A DNA stretch of 64,000 bases from Myxococcota bacterium. GTDB taxonomy: Bacteria; Myxococcota_A; UBA796; SXON01. The translations under genes and the position numbers were made by a program. Below are positions 40,026 to 49,451 of this stretch, in pieces. Location of the stretch: assembly GCA_040386535.1 (NCBI GenBank), contig JAZKFH010000019.1, positions 162,086 through 226,085 on the forward strand, read 5' to 3'. The notes beneath the pieces were generated by a model, which was not told the DNA's origin, searched no databases, and saw only the letters and a list, made by a program, of their open reading frames with translations. The first letter of the stretch is position 1; each line of letters starts with the position of its first letter.

Positions 40026-40146
40026 CAGGCTGAATAGCGTGCCTATGAGCGATCACGGGGAGGGGGGGATGCTCGCCATCTCCACGGGGGCCCCGCGACC
40101 GGCTCTACGCGGCGGGCGCCGGCTCGGGCGCGGGCTAACTTGTGGC

Positions 40147-40794
40147 ATGGCTTCCCCCAGTCCGCGCGCCCGTAGGCGTAAATCCTCCGGCCGGACCGCC
40201 GGGCCCACCTCGGCCGCGCGGCCTGCCCGATCTACCCGCCCCGCCCGGTCGGCTCCGGTCGTGCCGCCGTTGCCCGTCACGCAGCCGCCGACGCGCCTCA
40301 ATGCCGCCCTTGAGGACGCGGGGCGGAGCATCCATCACGCGGTCGGGGTGAGCCACGCCGCGCTCGACGCCGTACACGTTAGCCACCTGCTCGCGGGCCG
40401 CCTCGCGGCGCGGGCGTACGGGCTCGACTGCGCGGTCGCCGACGTCTCGTACGTCGTCTTTCCGGGGGCCCACATCGTGCGGGCCGGCATGGTGTATCTG
40501 CGGCCCGGTGTACCCGTGGCGGTTGGGACGGTGCCGATCTCGTACCTGAGGATCGGGTCTGACTTCTCCGCGAGCATTCTCCTTGAAGAGCCCGCCATCG
40601 GGGCGATGCCGCCGGTCCTGCCGCTCGGATACCTCGTGGTCACGATGCTGCGCCCCGGTCCGCACCAGGACATCGCCGCGGTACGGGGGCTGCTCTCCAA
40701 CGGAGCGGACGCGGCGCGGATCCGCCCGCTCGTGGAGGGCGTGGCTCCGGACCTGCTCGGCAAGTTTGATCGGCTTGTAGGGGCGCCCCGCTGA
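40147..40794 (+). CDS. Hypothetical protein with a basic disordered N-terminus
   Basis: ORF with a globular-looking C-terminal part; TAACTT 5 nt before ATG. Confidence 0.5.
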   Translation: MASPSPRARRRKSSGRTAGPTSAARPARSTRPARSAPVVPPLPVTQPPTRLNAALEDAGRSIHHAVGVSHAALDAVHVSHLLAGRLAARAYGLDCAVADVSYVVFPGAHIVRAGMVYLRPGVPVAVGTVPISYLRIGSDFSASILLEEPAIGAMPPVLPLGYLVVTMLRPGPHQDIAAVRGLLSNGADAARIRPLVEGVAPDLLGKFDRLVGAPR

Positions 40795-40850
40795 GCGCGG
40801 TCCTCGCCGCGCGTATCCCATCCACCGTGCGGTAACCGCGGGAGGACTGA

Positions 40851-41804
40851 CTACTCCAGCGCGTCGGCGACGTAGTTGACGGCGCGGACTACCCAGGGCC
40901 CGTCGCTTCTGCGCGCGAGTAGCAGCTCGGCGCGGCTAACGGCGTCGGCCAGGGTCGCCCCCATCACGCAAAACCGCCGCTCGGCACCGTCTCCCGTGCG
41001 CACCACGGCGAAGCTGTAGCCTTGCCGCGGGGCATCGGGCTGCGGCTGCCCCACCGTGGCGGCGTCGAGCTGCACGGGCTCCATCGCGGCCCTGTGGGGG
41101 GCCTCCGGCGCGACGGGGGCGGGCGGGGCGACCGTCCGCCTCGGCTCGGCTACGGGCGGCAGGGCGGGCGCTACGGGCGCGGCGGGGACCGCGGGCGCGG
41201 AGCGGACCGCGGGCGTTACCATGCCCCCGCCACGCGTCCGGAAGCCGTCATACGCCGGGATGCCGTGGTTGCGGCGGTAGAGGCCGACTTCTTGTCGTGA
41301 CACCCCGGCCGCGTCCGCGACGACCTGATCGGCGACCTTGCCGAGCTGGTGGGCGTAGGCGTCGATCGGATCGACGGCTACGGGCGCGGGGAGCGTCGGC
41401 GCCGGTATGGTCGATGTCGTCCTCGTCGGCGCTTTTAGCTCCGGCTGAACGTCGGCCCCGTCGGGAGCGCGCCGGAACCGAGAGATACCGAGCCGTTTCC
41501 GCTCGTCGCGTACCATCTCGACGGTCAGTCCGGCCGCGGCCGCGCCCGCGATTTCCGCATCGGAGGCGGTTCCAAGCCTGTCGCGAACAGCGGCGAGAGG
41601 GTCGGCGGGGGACTTCTCACCGGACGCTTTCGGCCCCCGCGGCAAGGACACCTTCGTCTCGTTGGTGCGCTCCAGGGCCTTCCGGATCGCGTAGACGGTC
41701 ACGCCGAAGCGCGTCGCGAGGTCGGTGTAGGTGGTTTCGTCCTTGATCGCCAGCAGTTCGGGCCACCAGGGCGCATGCTCGGGGTCGGTCGCGGTAGGGC
41801 TCAT
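40851..41804 (-). CDS. Multi-HTH repeat protein
   Basis: Three HTH-like units: DLATRFGVTVYAIRKAL, LGTASDAEIA..V..ERKRLGI and LGKVADQVVADAAGVSRQEV..YRRNHGI. Confidence 0.7.
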   Translation of the reverse strand: MSPTATDPEHAPWWPELLAIKDETTYTDLATRFGVTVYAIRKALERTNETKVSLPRGPKASGEKSPADPLAAVRDRLGTASDAEIAGAAAAGLTVEMVRDERKRLGISRFRRAPDGADVQPELKAPTRTTSTIPAPTLPAPVAVDPIDAYAHQLGKVADQVVADAAGVSRQEVGLYRRNHGIPAYDGFRTRGGGMVTPAVRSAPAVPAAPVAPALPPVAEPRRTVAPPAPVAPEAPHRAAMEPVQLDAATVGQPQPDAPRQGYSFAVVRTGDGAERRFCVMGATLADAVSRAELLLARRSDGPWVVRAVNYVADALE

Positions 41805-42069
41805 CGGGTTTGACGCTCGGGTGCTGGCGTGTGTTCCGCGCGGGTATCACGGGCCGCGACGGGCGTGCGTCCGAGCGGAGTAGCAAGCCGTCGGGGTGGC
41901 TCCGCGCCCGCACGGGCTTTTGGGTCAAGGAAGCGGCCATGCTTTCGTAAGTTCCGAGTGCACTCCGGGTGCGGTCATTCGTCGTGACGCGAAAACGAAT
42001 TGAGGCGCCTCGGTAGGCGTGGCGGCAACGCGCGCGCGATGCAATAGTTCAGCTACCAGCAGTGTATGT

Positions 42070-42083
42070 CGGCAATATTGCCG
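42070..42083. promoter_or_regulatory. 14-bp perfect palindrome CGGCAATATTGCCG in an AT-rich divergent intergenic region
   Basis: Direct reading. Confidence 0.45.
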
Positions 42084-42486
42084 CCGATATCGCGCGCATT
42101 CAGGGGCAACGCCTCAGATGGAGAAGATCGGGGGTGTCGTTAGTAACCTAACTATAAGTAAAGTATAGCAACAGGCGGATCGCACGAGCGGGTATGTGTA
42201 CGGCATGGAAAACGATTACTCCCGTTGCCAGGGCATCATCTTTAGCGGGCGCTCCGGCGCGACCGGCGGACGCACCAACTTGATCCCGCCTCGTCGTTGT
42301 CGGCGGCCGATTGTCTGGTCGTGCATCACGTTCTGCGGGATTCACGCTAAGCAGGCCCAGGTGCAGCGGTTGTACATGGACCTCCTCGGGGACGGGTGGG
42401 AGGCGAGGGTGGCCCACTGGGAGGCGGAGCGCGAGGGGACCCGGGGGCGGAGCCGCGGGGCGTAGCTTCGCTGGGGCGAGCCGAGC

Positions 42487-43320
42487 GTGGTAGAACGCGG
42501 CATGGTCCCGACGCCCATCGACGAAGACGCCGCGCTGCTGCCCGGCCTCGTACGCGTTGCTCGCGCTTTCCTGAACATGCACGCCGTCCCCGCGGAGATT
42601 CGTGCCGGAGGCAACGGATGGACGTTCCTTCATGATCGCGTGGTCCAGCAGTTTCGTCGTGATCCAGCGGCATACCACCAGCGCTTGATCAAGCTGGCCG
42701 AGCATGCCACCGACGCGGGCGCGCACTTCCTGCTCCTCCCGGCGTGCGCCGTGGTCCATACCGGATCGATGCACCCAGACGTGCAGGCGGCCTTCGCGCA
42801 GGTTCCGTATGTCGTGGCTGGCGTGCTCGACGTGGGCCCGCACGGCCGGGCATACGCGGAAGTGCGCGAGGCGGGCATTGTGATCGACAGCTTCGACCAC
42901 AGTTCCGCCCGCTGGATGGGCGTCGGGGGCGTGAACCTTTTCGCGGCGATCTCCATGACGATCGCGCGGGTCGGTGTCGAGGGCGAGATGCGGTCCGCGA
43001 CGCATCCGCCGATCCCGTCGGCGCCCGCGCTCGTCTTCGACTCCGCGCATCACTCGTACACGGGCCACTACATCGAGCACACGATCGGCGGCGTCGTGAA
43101 ACGGGCCGGCGCGCTGGTCGGAGACAAGCGTGTTGCCGGAATCGTCTCGTACTGGAAGAGCCGCGACGCCGATTCGAAGTCGGGGTGGTATCGCCCCGAG
43201 GTGGACTGGATCACGCGGCGCCGGGTCAAGGTCCGGTGGCCGCGGGGCGGGCCGTCCGACTTCCTTGACCTGATCGATGTAGACTTCGAAGGATCGGGAG
43301 GGGACTATGGCCGTCGATGA
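42487..43320 (+). CDS. Hypothetical protein coupled to the kinase gene (weak carbon-nitrogen-hydrolase-like pattern)
   Basis: AEHATDAGAHFLLLPAC loosely resembles AxxxGAxLxxFPE; overlaps the kinase start by 14 nt. Confidence 0.55.
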   Translation: MVERGMVPTPIDEDAALLPGLVRVARAFLNMHAVPAEIRAGGNGWTFLHDRVVQQFRRDPAAYHQRLIKLAEHATDAGAHFLLLPACAVVHTGSMHPDVQAAFAQVPYVVAGVLDVGPHGRAYAEVREAGIVIDSFDHSSARWMGVGGVNLFAAISMTIARVGVEGEMRSATHPPIPSAPALVFDSAHHSYTGHYIEHTIGGVVKRAGALVGDKRVAGIVSYWKSRDADSKSGWYRPEVDWITRRRVKVRWPRGGPSDFLDLIDVDFEGSGGDYGRR

Positions 43321-44617
43321 AAGACCACCCGAGAGCTACGTTCGGGCGCTGATACCACGAGGTTTCACGCTGGAGGCGAAGCTGGGGGCGGGGGCCTTCG
43401 GGACCGTCTGGCGTGCCACCCAGGACCGCTTCGGCCGATCGGTCGCAGTGAAGTGTTTTGACTCCGCCACGATGAACTCCGCGGAGAACCGCAAGCGCTT
43501 TGAGCGTGAGGCACCGTTGCTTGCCCGGATTCGGCACCCAAGCATTCCCTTTGTTTTGACTGCGGGCGAGTTCAGCGTGGGAGGACGCGACGTTCCATTC
43601 CATGTGATGGAGCTTGTTGAGGGGCCCACGCTGGATAGGCGACTGGAGGACAACCAGGGCCCACTATCAGTCGTGGAGGGGTGCGCCATCGCCGTTTCGG
43701 CGCTGCGGGCGCTTCACGCAGCCCATGAGGCGAAGATCATTCACCGCGATGTGAAGCCCGACAACATATTGCTTTCTCCGATCGGTACCTACTTGATCGA
43801 CTTCTCGCTGGGTGTCTCGCTCGTCTACGAGCCGGGACTCACGCGCGCCACTGTGGGGGGCCGGGGCCTCGGAACGTACGAGTACGCGTCTCCCGAGCAG
43901 CGGCAGGATGCCTTGAATGTCGATTTGCGCACGGACATCTTCTCGGCCGGCGTCATGCTCATGCGGATGCTTTCTGGTGTTGCATCTCCCGCTGCGGAGA
44001 TAATCGAGCGCAACCTTGCCGATACGCCGGTACAACTCCGGCAGCACATCATTCGCGCGTGCTCGGCAAAGCGCGAGAACAGGTTCGGAACTGCCGCGGA
44101 CTTCGCCAATGCGATCGCGCCCTTCGCCGACATCGCGGCGTTGGCCGCCAGCACGCCAACCGTTGCGTTCTGTAGAAACACTAAGTGCAACAGAGCTACG
44201 CTCTCTGATTCTGGATATTATCGAGGTCCATTCATTGATTCACGTTCGGTGGTGCCCTACTGTACTGGGTGCGGAGGCGCGCTCGTGCGAGACTGCCCTG
44301 GCTGCCGCCGGCCGTTGCCACGGGATCTCGGCGAGTTGGTCGTCACCGGGTCGCGCAAGGGCCCAGACCGTCTGGGAGCGAACTGTGCTTACTGTGCGGC
44401 ACGGATCTTCACGGTGCCCACCTGTAAGAAGTGCGCGTCATTGCTAAAGATCGCGGACATGGATCGGGACACGGCTCTTGGTTGCCAGAAGTGCAAGACG
44501 AGGGGCCGATCATATGGCGGGGGGTATGGAAGCGGCGGGTACGGAGGTGGAGGATACGGAACGGTTCCGCCGGTTGACCCGGCGCCCGCTACTCCCGACG
44601 ACGATATCCCTTTCTAA
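43307..44617 (+). CDS. Hanks-type Ser/Thr kinase + multiple Zn ribbons + Gly-rich linker + SSB-like DDDIPF C-terminus
   Basis: LGAGAFG, VAVK, HRDVKPDN, DFS, GTYEYASPEQ and DIFSAG motifs; six Cys pairs; ends GGGYGSGGYGGGGYG..PDDDIPF*. Confidence 0.92.
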   Translation: MAVDERPPESYVRALIPRGFTLEAKLGAGAFGTVWRATQDRFGRSVAVKCFDSATMNSAENRKRFEREAPLLARIRHPSIPFVLTAGEFSVGGRDVPFHVMELVEGPTLDRRLEDNQGPLSVVEGCAIAVSALRALHAAHEAKIIHRDVKPDNILLSPIGTYLIDFSLGVSLVYEPGLTRATVGGRGLGTYEYASPEQRQDALNVDLRTDIFSAGVMLMRMLSGVASPAAEIIERNLADTPVQLRQHIIRACSAKRENRFGTAADFANAIAPFADIAALAASTPTVAFCRNTKCNRATLSDSGYYRGPFIDSRSVVPYCTGCGGALVRDCPGCRRPLPRDLGELVVTGSRKGPDRLGANCAYCAARIFTVPTCKKCASLLKIADMDRDTALGCQKCKTRGRSYGGGYGSGGYGGGGYGTVPPVDPAPATPDDDIPF

Positions 44618-44926
44618 CCGATCGCAGGGACGCTGTCCGACGGCTCCGGGAGACCGAATCCGCCGCCGAAGGCGACCGCGGCACCGCCATGCACGCGGTC
44701 GGTCCGGTGGCACACGGGAAGCCGGCGCCGTTGGCGCGCGCCGCGGGGCCGGCGCCGCGGGGGAAGACAGCACCCGTGGCTCGCGCTGCACAGCCGGTCA
44801 AACGCTACAAGTGCGAGTGGTGCGGCGAGTACGTACTCGCGGAGCACCTGATCCCGCGCCGCGTTGGCGGCTGTCCCGCGCGTCCGGCGAAGAAGCGCGA
44901 GTCGAGCAAGCCACCCGCGTAGGGAG

Positions 44927-45763
44927 CTATGGCGCGACGCAGGCCCCCGCCTCGCAGATGCGCTCGCCCTTGCAGTCCGTATCCTTCGCGCAGCCGGCGC
45001 CGGGCGCGGCGACGGCGCCGGGCGTTGCGGCGACGGGGGCCGCGGACGGGGCGCCGGGGAGGGTCCCGGTCGCCAGGATCTCGCCGCCAGCGCTCCCGGC
45101 CTTACCGAGTTCCGACACGAGCGCGATCAGGCCGATCTCGGTGAGCGCGGCGTTCATGTACTTCGGCGCGCCCTTTCCGTACCATTCCTTGGCGCGCTCA
45201 ACGGCGGTCCCGCCGTAGATCGATGCCCCGCCGCCTTGGTCGTCACGGCGCAGCTCCTGCGACCAGACGACCGCCGGATTTCCCGGCACAACCGCGAAGA
45301 GATCAAGGGCAGAAGAGAGCTTCTTGGTGCCGTATGACGAGATGTCGAGCTGCCAGGCGGTGAGCGTCCCGTGCACGATCAGGTCGGCGGCCGCGGGCTG
45401 GGGGGCGGCAGCCAGATCCACCGCGGGCAGTGCGGCTTGTCCCGGTGCCGGGGCAAGGCCAGCGGCAATCGTGACGGTGTGTCCGAGAGCGCGGAGCTGC
45501 GCGGCCACGGCGTCGGCGACGTAGTCCCGCGTCGGGCGCTGGCCGTGGAGCGGGAAGGGGTTTCCGTACCCGCCGCGGAGCACACCGAGCCGGGTCGCGT
45601 GGCGTACCGCATCCTCCATGTCCTCGATGAGCTGGGATCGCCGGTCGGCGGGCGGGACGAGGGTGATCTTCAACGCGGTAGGGGCGGGGCGCGCTTCCGG
45701 TACATGGCAGCACTCGAAATCCACGGCCTCGTAGGCGTACGCGGCGGCAACGATAAACAGCAT
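44927..45763 (-). CDS. Probable exported protein with C-terminal Cys-rich motif
   Basis: GAGGAG RBS; short hydrophobic N-terminus; CAKDTDCKGERICEAGAC. Confidence 0.7.
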   Translation of the reverse strand: MLFIVAAAYAYEAVDFECCHVPEARPAPTALKITLVPPADRRSQLIEDMEDAVRHATRLGVLRGGYGNPFPLHGQRPTRDYVADAVAAQLRALGHTVTIAAGLAPAPGQAALPAVDLAAAPQPAAADLIVHGTLTAWQLDISSYGTKKLSSALDLFAVVPGNPAVVWSQELRRDDQGGGASIYGGTAVERAKEWYGKGAPKYMNAALTEIGLIALVSELGKAGSAGGEILATGTLPGAPSAAPVAATPGAVAAPGAGCAKDTDCKGERICEAGACVAP

Positions 45764-45904
45764 GGTGGGCTCCTCATAGGGGGCGGCGGTCTAACGCTCG
45801 CTCGCGCCCTGGGCGATCGATGCGCTCCGGACGGTGGCCGCGATCGAGGGTGACGGCTCCGCCGCGGAGGGCTACGGTACTGCTCGCCCGTTCATCGAAC
45901 CGCC

Positions 45905-46234
45905 ATGTCTCACGATCCCGCCCCGCTCCCGCCCCTCGCGCCGATCCTCGAACGGCTCGAAGCCCAGCTCGCGAACGCGCCCGGCGGGGGGAGGCTGACC
46001 CGCGAGGACGTGATCACCTTGGCGGTCTTGGCGGTGGAGCGCGACGCCACTGAGCGGTGGACGGTCCACAAACCCAACTGCTCGATCGGCGAGCTGGCGA
46101 CATGGCTACGCCGATGTACATGCGGCCTGGAGGGGGCCGAGGCGCGGGCGTTCACGCTACGACGCCGTCTCATCCCCGCGGCCGCCGAGCCGGCGCCGGA
46201 CCCCCGACGACGGGGAAAGCGCGGCGCCCGGTAG
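45905..46234 (+). CDS. Small hypothetical protein (H..C and CxC motifs)
   Basis: 109-aa ORF. Confidence 0.4.
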   Translation: MSHDPAPLPPLAPILERLEAQLANAPGGGRLTREDVITLAVLAVERDATERWTVHKPNCSIGELATWLRRCTCGLEGAEARAFTLRRRLIPAAAEPAPDPRRRGKRGAR

Positions 46235-46365
46235 TGCCACGCGGAGGTCACCCACCCGTGACGACTGAGGCGCCCCTCCGCATCGCGCTGCTCGGTCGAT
46301 CGTGACGAACCGTGACGACTACAGCCAGGTGGGCGCCGGGTGGCGCGGCGCGAGCCGCCCGTTCT

Positions 46366-46385
46366 TGTGGCCAAACCTGTGGCCA
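46366..46385 (+). repeat. TGTGGCCA direct repeat (12-bp period), candidate integrase arm-type sites
   Basis: tgtggccaaacctgtggcca ~120 bp inside the att-like site. Confidence 0.55.
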
Positions 46386-46504
46386 CATTCGGCGGAAACG
46401 GCGTTCACAGGGGGAAGGGGAGCGAACGCTGCAACCAGCGATCTATGTGTTTGAAGGCGGTATATTAGGTTGGACCGGCACATGGCGGCGACCCCGCTTG
46501 ATAA

Positions 46505-46528
46505 GTTCGAATCCTACCGCCCCAACCA
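46505..46528 (+). mobile_element. tRNA 3'-end remnant, probable att site bounding the island
   Basis: GTTCGAATCCTACCGCCCCAACCA = T-loop + 3' acceptor strand + CCA; no 5' half of a tRNA upstream. Confidence 0.75.
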
Positions 46529-46624
46529 TCGATTGAATGCCGCGAATCCGGCTGGGCGGCATGGCTTGCCTCGCGCCATGTCGGCCTTCTCCGCGGGGTT
46601 CTCGAGTTCGAATCCAGCGGGCGT

Positions 46625-47113
46625 TCAGCCCGCGGATGAGGTCCGGCTGCGCCACACGCGCCACATCGCCATCACTGGGAGGAAGCGCCTCCCTGAGTCC
46701 TCGAGCGAGGCGTGGATATACGCAGGGCCATCACGGAGCAGCTCCATGGGTAGGTGCTCGACGTCGTCGAACCAGCGCCAGGCCACCTCGGGACCTTCGC
46801 CCGTGTCCGAAGCCGCGTGGAGGAGGGCACGCCACCCTGCGACGAGACGGATGACGGGCTCGGCTTCGAGCTCTGTGAACACCCAGGATGCAGGGGTGCC
46901 GTAGAAGCCCTGGAAGGTCCACGCCACCTCGCGCTCGACGGCAGCTAGCAGCGCATCGGGGGAGAGATCGCCACGTGCGTGGGCGGCGAAGAGCGCCGCC
47001 TGGGATCGGCATCGGCGTCCAAGGTCGGGTTTGTGTTCGTACATCGCCTTTCGGAGGCCGAGGGCACCCTGGTGCACGCTCCCCATAAGGGCGATAGCGT
47101 CGGCCGCCGTCAC
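46625..47113 (-). CDS. Hypothetical protein, third gene of the HTH-PIN operon
   Basis: GTG start overlaps the PIN stop (GTGA). Confidence 0.45.
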   Translation of the reverse strand: MTAADAIALMGSVHQGALGLRKAMYEHKPDLGRRCRSQAALFAAHARGDLSPDALLAAVEREVAWTFQGFYGTPASWVFTELEAEPVIRLVAGWRALLHAASDTGEGPEVAWRWFDDVEHLPMELLRDGPAYIHASLEDSGRRFLPVMAMWRVWRSRTSSAG

Positions 47114-47676
47114 GCGAGCAGGCCGCCGGCTCGCATCGCGGCACCGAACCGCGCGAGGCCGGATCGCTCCAGCGCGGCGACGACATCGATGGCAGAGTGC
47201 GGCGGGTTCTTCAGATCCGCAGCCTGCATTGCAACGACCTCCAGGACGGCCGCTGGGTGCCGGGCCAACATCTCCACCGCGAAGACATCGGGGTGCATGG
47301 CGGTCACCCCATGACGGGCGAGCTCGACCTCGGGGAAGTCGCGTAGGTTGAAGGTGACGATGATGCCCGCACCGGCTCGGAGCGCCGCGGCGACGACGTG
47401 GCGGTCGTCCGGGTCGGGGAGGGTGATTGCGGGCTCCAGCTCCTCGAAGCCCCGCACGAGGCAGTCGAGCACGGCGGCGCACATTCGTTGCCGGGTCTTG
47501 CGGAGGCGACCGCCATCAAGATCGGGACGATTGATTTCGATGTTCCGGAACACTTCGTCGAGGATCCGTTCGCTCCAACGCGCCCGGATGAGGTCCTCGA
47601 TAGCAACACGGATGAGGAAGTCGCGGAGGGCGCTCGGATAGAGCACGTTTGCGTCGTAGATGGCGACTGGCGTCAC
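47110..47676 (-). CDS. PIN-domain (VapC-like) toxin
   Basis: AIYDANVLYP..LRD..WSERILDE..LPDPDDRHVVAAA..IVTFNLRDFP; GTGA overlap with the upstream HTH gene. Confidence 0.9.
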   Translation of the reverse strand: MTPVAIYDANVLYPSALRDFLIRVAIEDLIRARWSERILDEVFRNIEINRPDLDGGRLRKTRQRMCAAVLDCLVRGFEELEPAITLPDPDDRHVVAAALRAGAGIIVTFNLRDFPEVELARHGVTAMHPDVFAVEMLARHPAAVLEVVAMQAADLKNPPHSAIDVVAALERSGLARFGAAMRAGGLLA

Positions 47677-48119
47677 TTGTAGTCGAAGCCGAGTTCCTGG
47701 GCGTCTGCCGTCAGCTCCGCCGCAAGCGCACGCCGTTCGGCGCGGTTCGCCTGCTTGAAGGCAAGTAGATCGGCGAGGGGAAGTCGGCGATGCGTCCCGA
47801 CGAGGCGGCACGGGAGCTTGCCATCGTCCACGAGCCGAATCACGAAGGGACGGCTCACGCCGAGGATCTCGGCCGCCTGCTGCGCCGTGACCTCCGCGGC
47901 GACGGGCACCACGGTCACCGCGTCCCCGTTCGCCATGTGGCCCAGGATGCGCAAGAGGAGCGTGCGCGCCTCTGCCGGCAGTTCGACCGCGGCCGACTCC
48001 GGCGCTCCCGCGGCGCGTACGACGGCTACGGCGTCGCCCTCGCGCTCGAGGGCCCGCAGCGCCTGGTCGGCGCCCCGCGCGTCGGCGGGGGAGGGGACGT
48101 GGAGTTCGATGTCGGTCAT
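47673..48119 (-). CDS. Excisionase-family HTH protein, probable antitoxin
   Basis: EVTAQQAAEILGVSRPFVIRLVDDGKLP..VGTHRR. Confidence 0.9.
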   Translation of the reverse strand: MTDIELHVPSPADARGADQALRALEREGDAVAVVRAAGAPESAAVELPAEARTLLLRILGHMANGDAVTVVPVAAEVTAQQAAEILGVSRPFVIRLVDDGKLPCRLVGTHRRLPLADLLAFKQANRAERRALAAELTADAQELGFDYK

Positions 48120-48509
48120 GCGAGCACCTCGTGTACGAGTATACGCACCATCCGCCGCATCTGCAATATCTGAACGCGGACCCGCAGTCGAGAGCTTGGA
48201 GCCCTCGGTAGAACTTTGCGCGTGCCGCCGCGCCCTCCTCGGCCTCCCGGTTCGCCCGAGTCCGTTGGCCTACCTCTCCGCCATCAACTCCTCGAATTCC
48301 GCCACCGAACGCGCATCCGGATCGATCCAGAATGTTCTATAACTGTGCTCCCCCGAGCTCCTCGAACCTACCGCCTGGGCTACTCGGCAGGTGCCGCGCC
48401 TCATGGTGTCGACCCCACCCCCCGAACGCGTCGTCGAGTCCGGGTAGCAGTGGTGGCAGGCTCAACATTGAGGTGCCTCGATCCGAAGGGCTCCGCCCCG
48501 TCAATGTGC

Positions 48510-49382
48510 CTATCTCCTCGGAATATGCAAACCGCGTCTCGTGCGGCGCTCCTTGATGGCTCGGCGAGTCCGAAGCCGGGCACCGGCGTTTCCCCGAACC
48601 ATTACGCGGAGCACCTGATCACGTCGTCGTTGGCGTGCGTGGTCCAGGGGCGTGAACCCGGTAGCATCGATTGCCGTAGAGTCCGCGCCGTACAGCAGGA
48701 GTTCCGCTACGACGGCCGGGTGGTCGAACATGGCCGCGATATGTAGCGCAAGCCGACCCCCGGTACAGGGCGTCTCAGAGTCGGCGCCGCTGCGGAGGAG
48801 AGCGCGGACCACGGGGAGTTGCCCTTTACCAGCAGCGATGTACAGCGCCGTATCCGGCCCTTCCGTCTCGTCGTTCACTTGCGCGTTGGCGTCCGCGCCG
48901 GCGGCGAGCAACTGTCGCACCACGCGTTCATGGCCTCCCTGACTTGCCCAGTGCAACGCCGTGCGTCCGTGCGCTCCATCTTCTCTGGTGTCAGGGTCGA
49001 TGCCGCGATCCAGTAGGACCTGAACCGTACGAGCGTGCCCGAAAGCTGCGGCCTCCTGGAGAACACGAGTTGACGGACGACGCGCCTTGGTGGCGTCCAT
49101 CAGAACTGCTACGGTCTTAACGTGGCCGCTTGCCGCGGCGAGGTCTACTGGGGAGCGCCCGTCCCGGTTGTAGCGGTAGGGCGACCCAGGCGCCCGAGCC
49201 ACCAACAGGGCGACGATCCGAGTCCTCCCCTTCCAGGCCGCAAGATGAAGGGCGGTGTTGCCCAACAGATCGTACACGAGTGCGTCGGCACCGGCGTCGA
49301 GGAGCACCCGAGCGGCGTTCTCCACGCCCTCGGCCGCCGCGATCATGAGCGGGGTCTTGCCGTCGCTGTCCTGGGCATCCAC
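48510..49382 (-). CDS. Ankyrin-repeat protein (possibly 5'-truncated)
   Basis: GKTPLMIAA, GNTALHLAA, GRTALHWAS, DTALYIAA and GFTPLDHA repeats. Confidence 0.9.
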   Translation of the reverse strand: MDAQDSDGKTPLMIAAAEGVENAARVLLDAGADALVYDLLGNTALHLAAWKGRTRIVALLVARAPGSPYRYNRDGRSPVDLAAASGHVKTVAVLMDATKARRPSTRVLQEAAAFGHARTVQVLLDRGIDPDTREDGAHGRTALHWASQGGHERVVRQLLAAGADANAQVNDETEGPDTALYIAAGKGQLPVVRALLRSGADSETPCTGGRLALHIAAMFDHPAVVAELLLYGADSTAIDATGFTPLDHARQRRRDQVLRVMVRGNAGARLRTRRAIKERRTRRGLHIPRR

Positions 49383-49451
49383 ACATCCACCAAGCTGCGA
49401 CGATAGCCTAACCGCCCGAACTACCCATCAAGAGTCGCAGCGGGGCTGCCA

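Larger units (their letters stand above)
1..46528. mobile_element. Putative tRNA-targeting integrative genomic (defence) island; left end outside the window
   Basis: Integrase-like N-terminus + XRE at left; tRNA 3' duplicate + arm repeats at right; nuclease/RM-rich cargo with no housekeeping genes. Confidence 0.6.

Noticed and set aside
44510..44617. Separate ssb gene
   Set aside because: The tail is in frame with the kinase and no OB-fold coding region is visible
46455..46528. Complete tRNA gene
   Set aside because: Only the T-loop and 3' acceptor strand are present; no pairing 5' acceptor strand, D arm or anticodon arm
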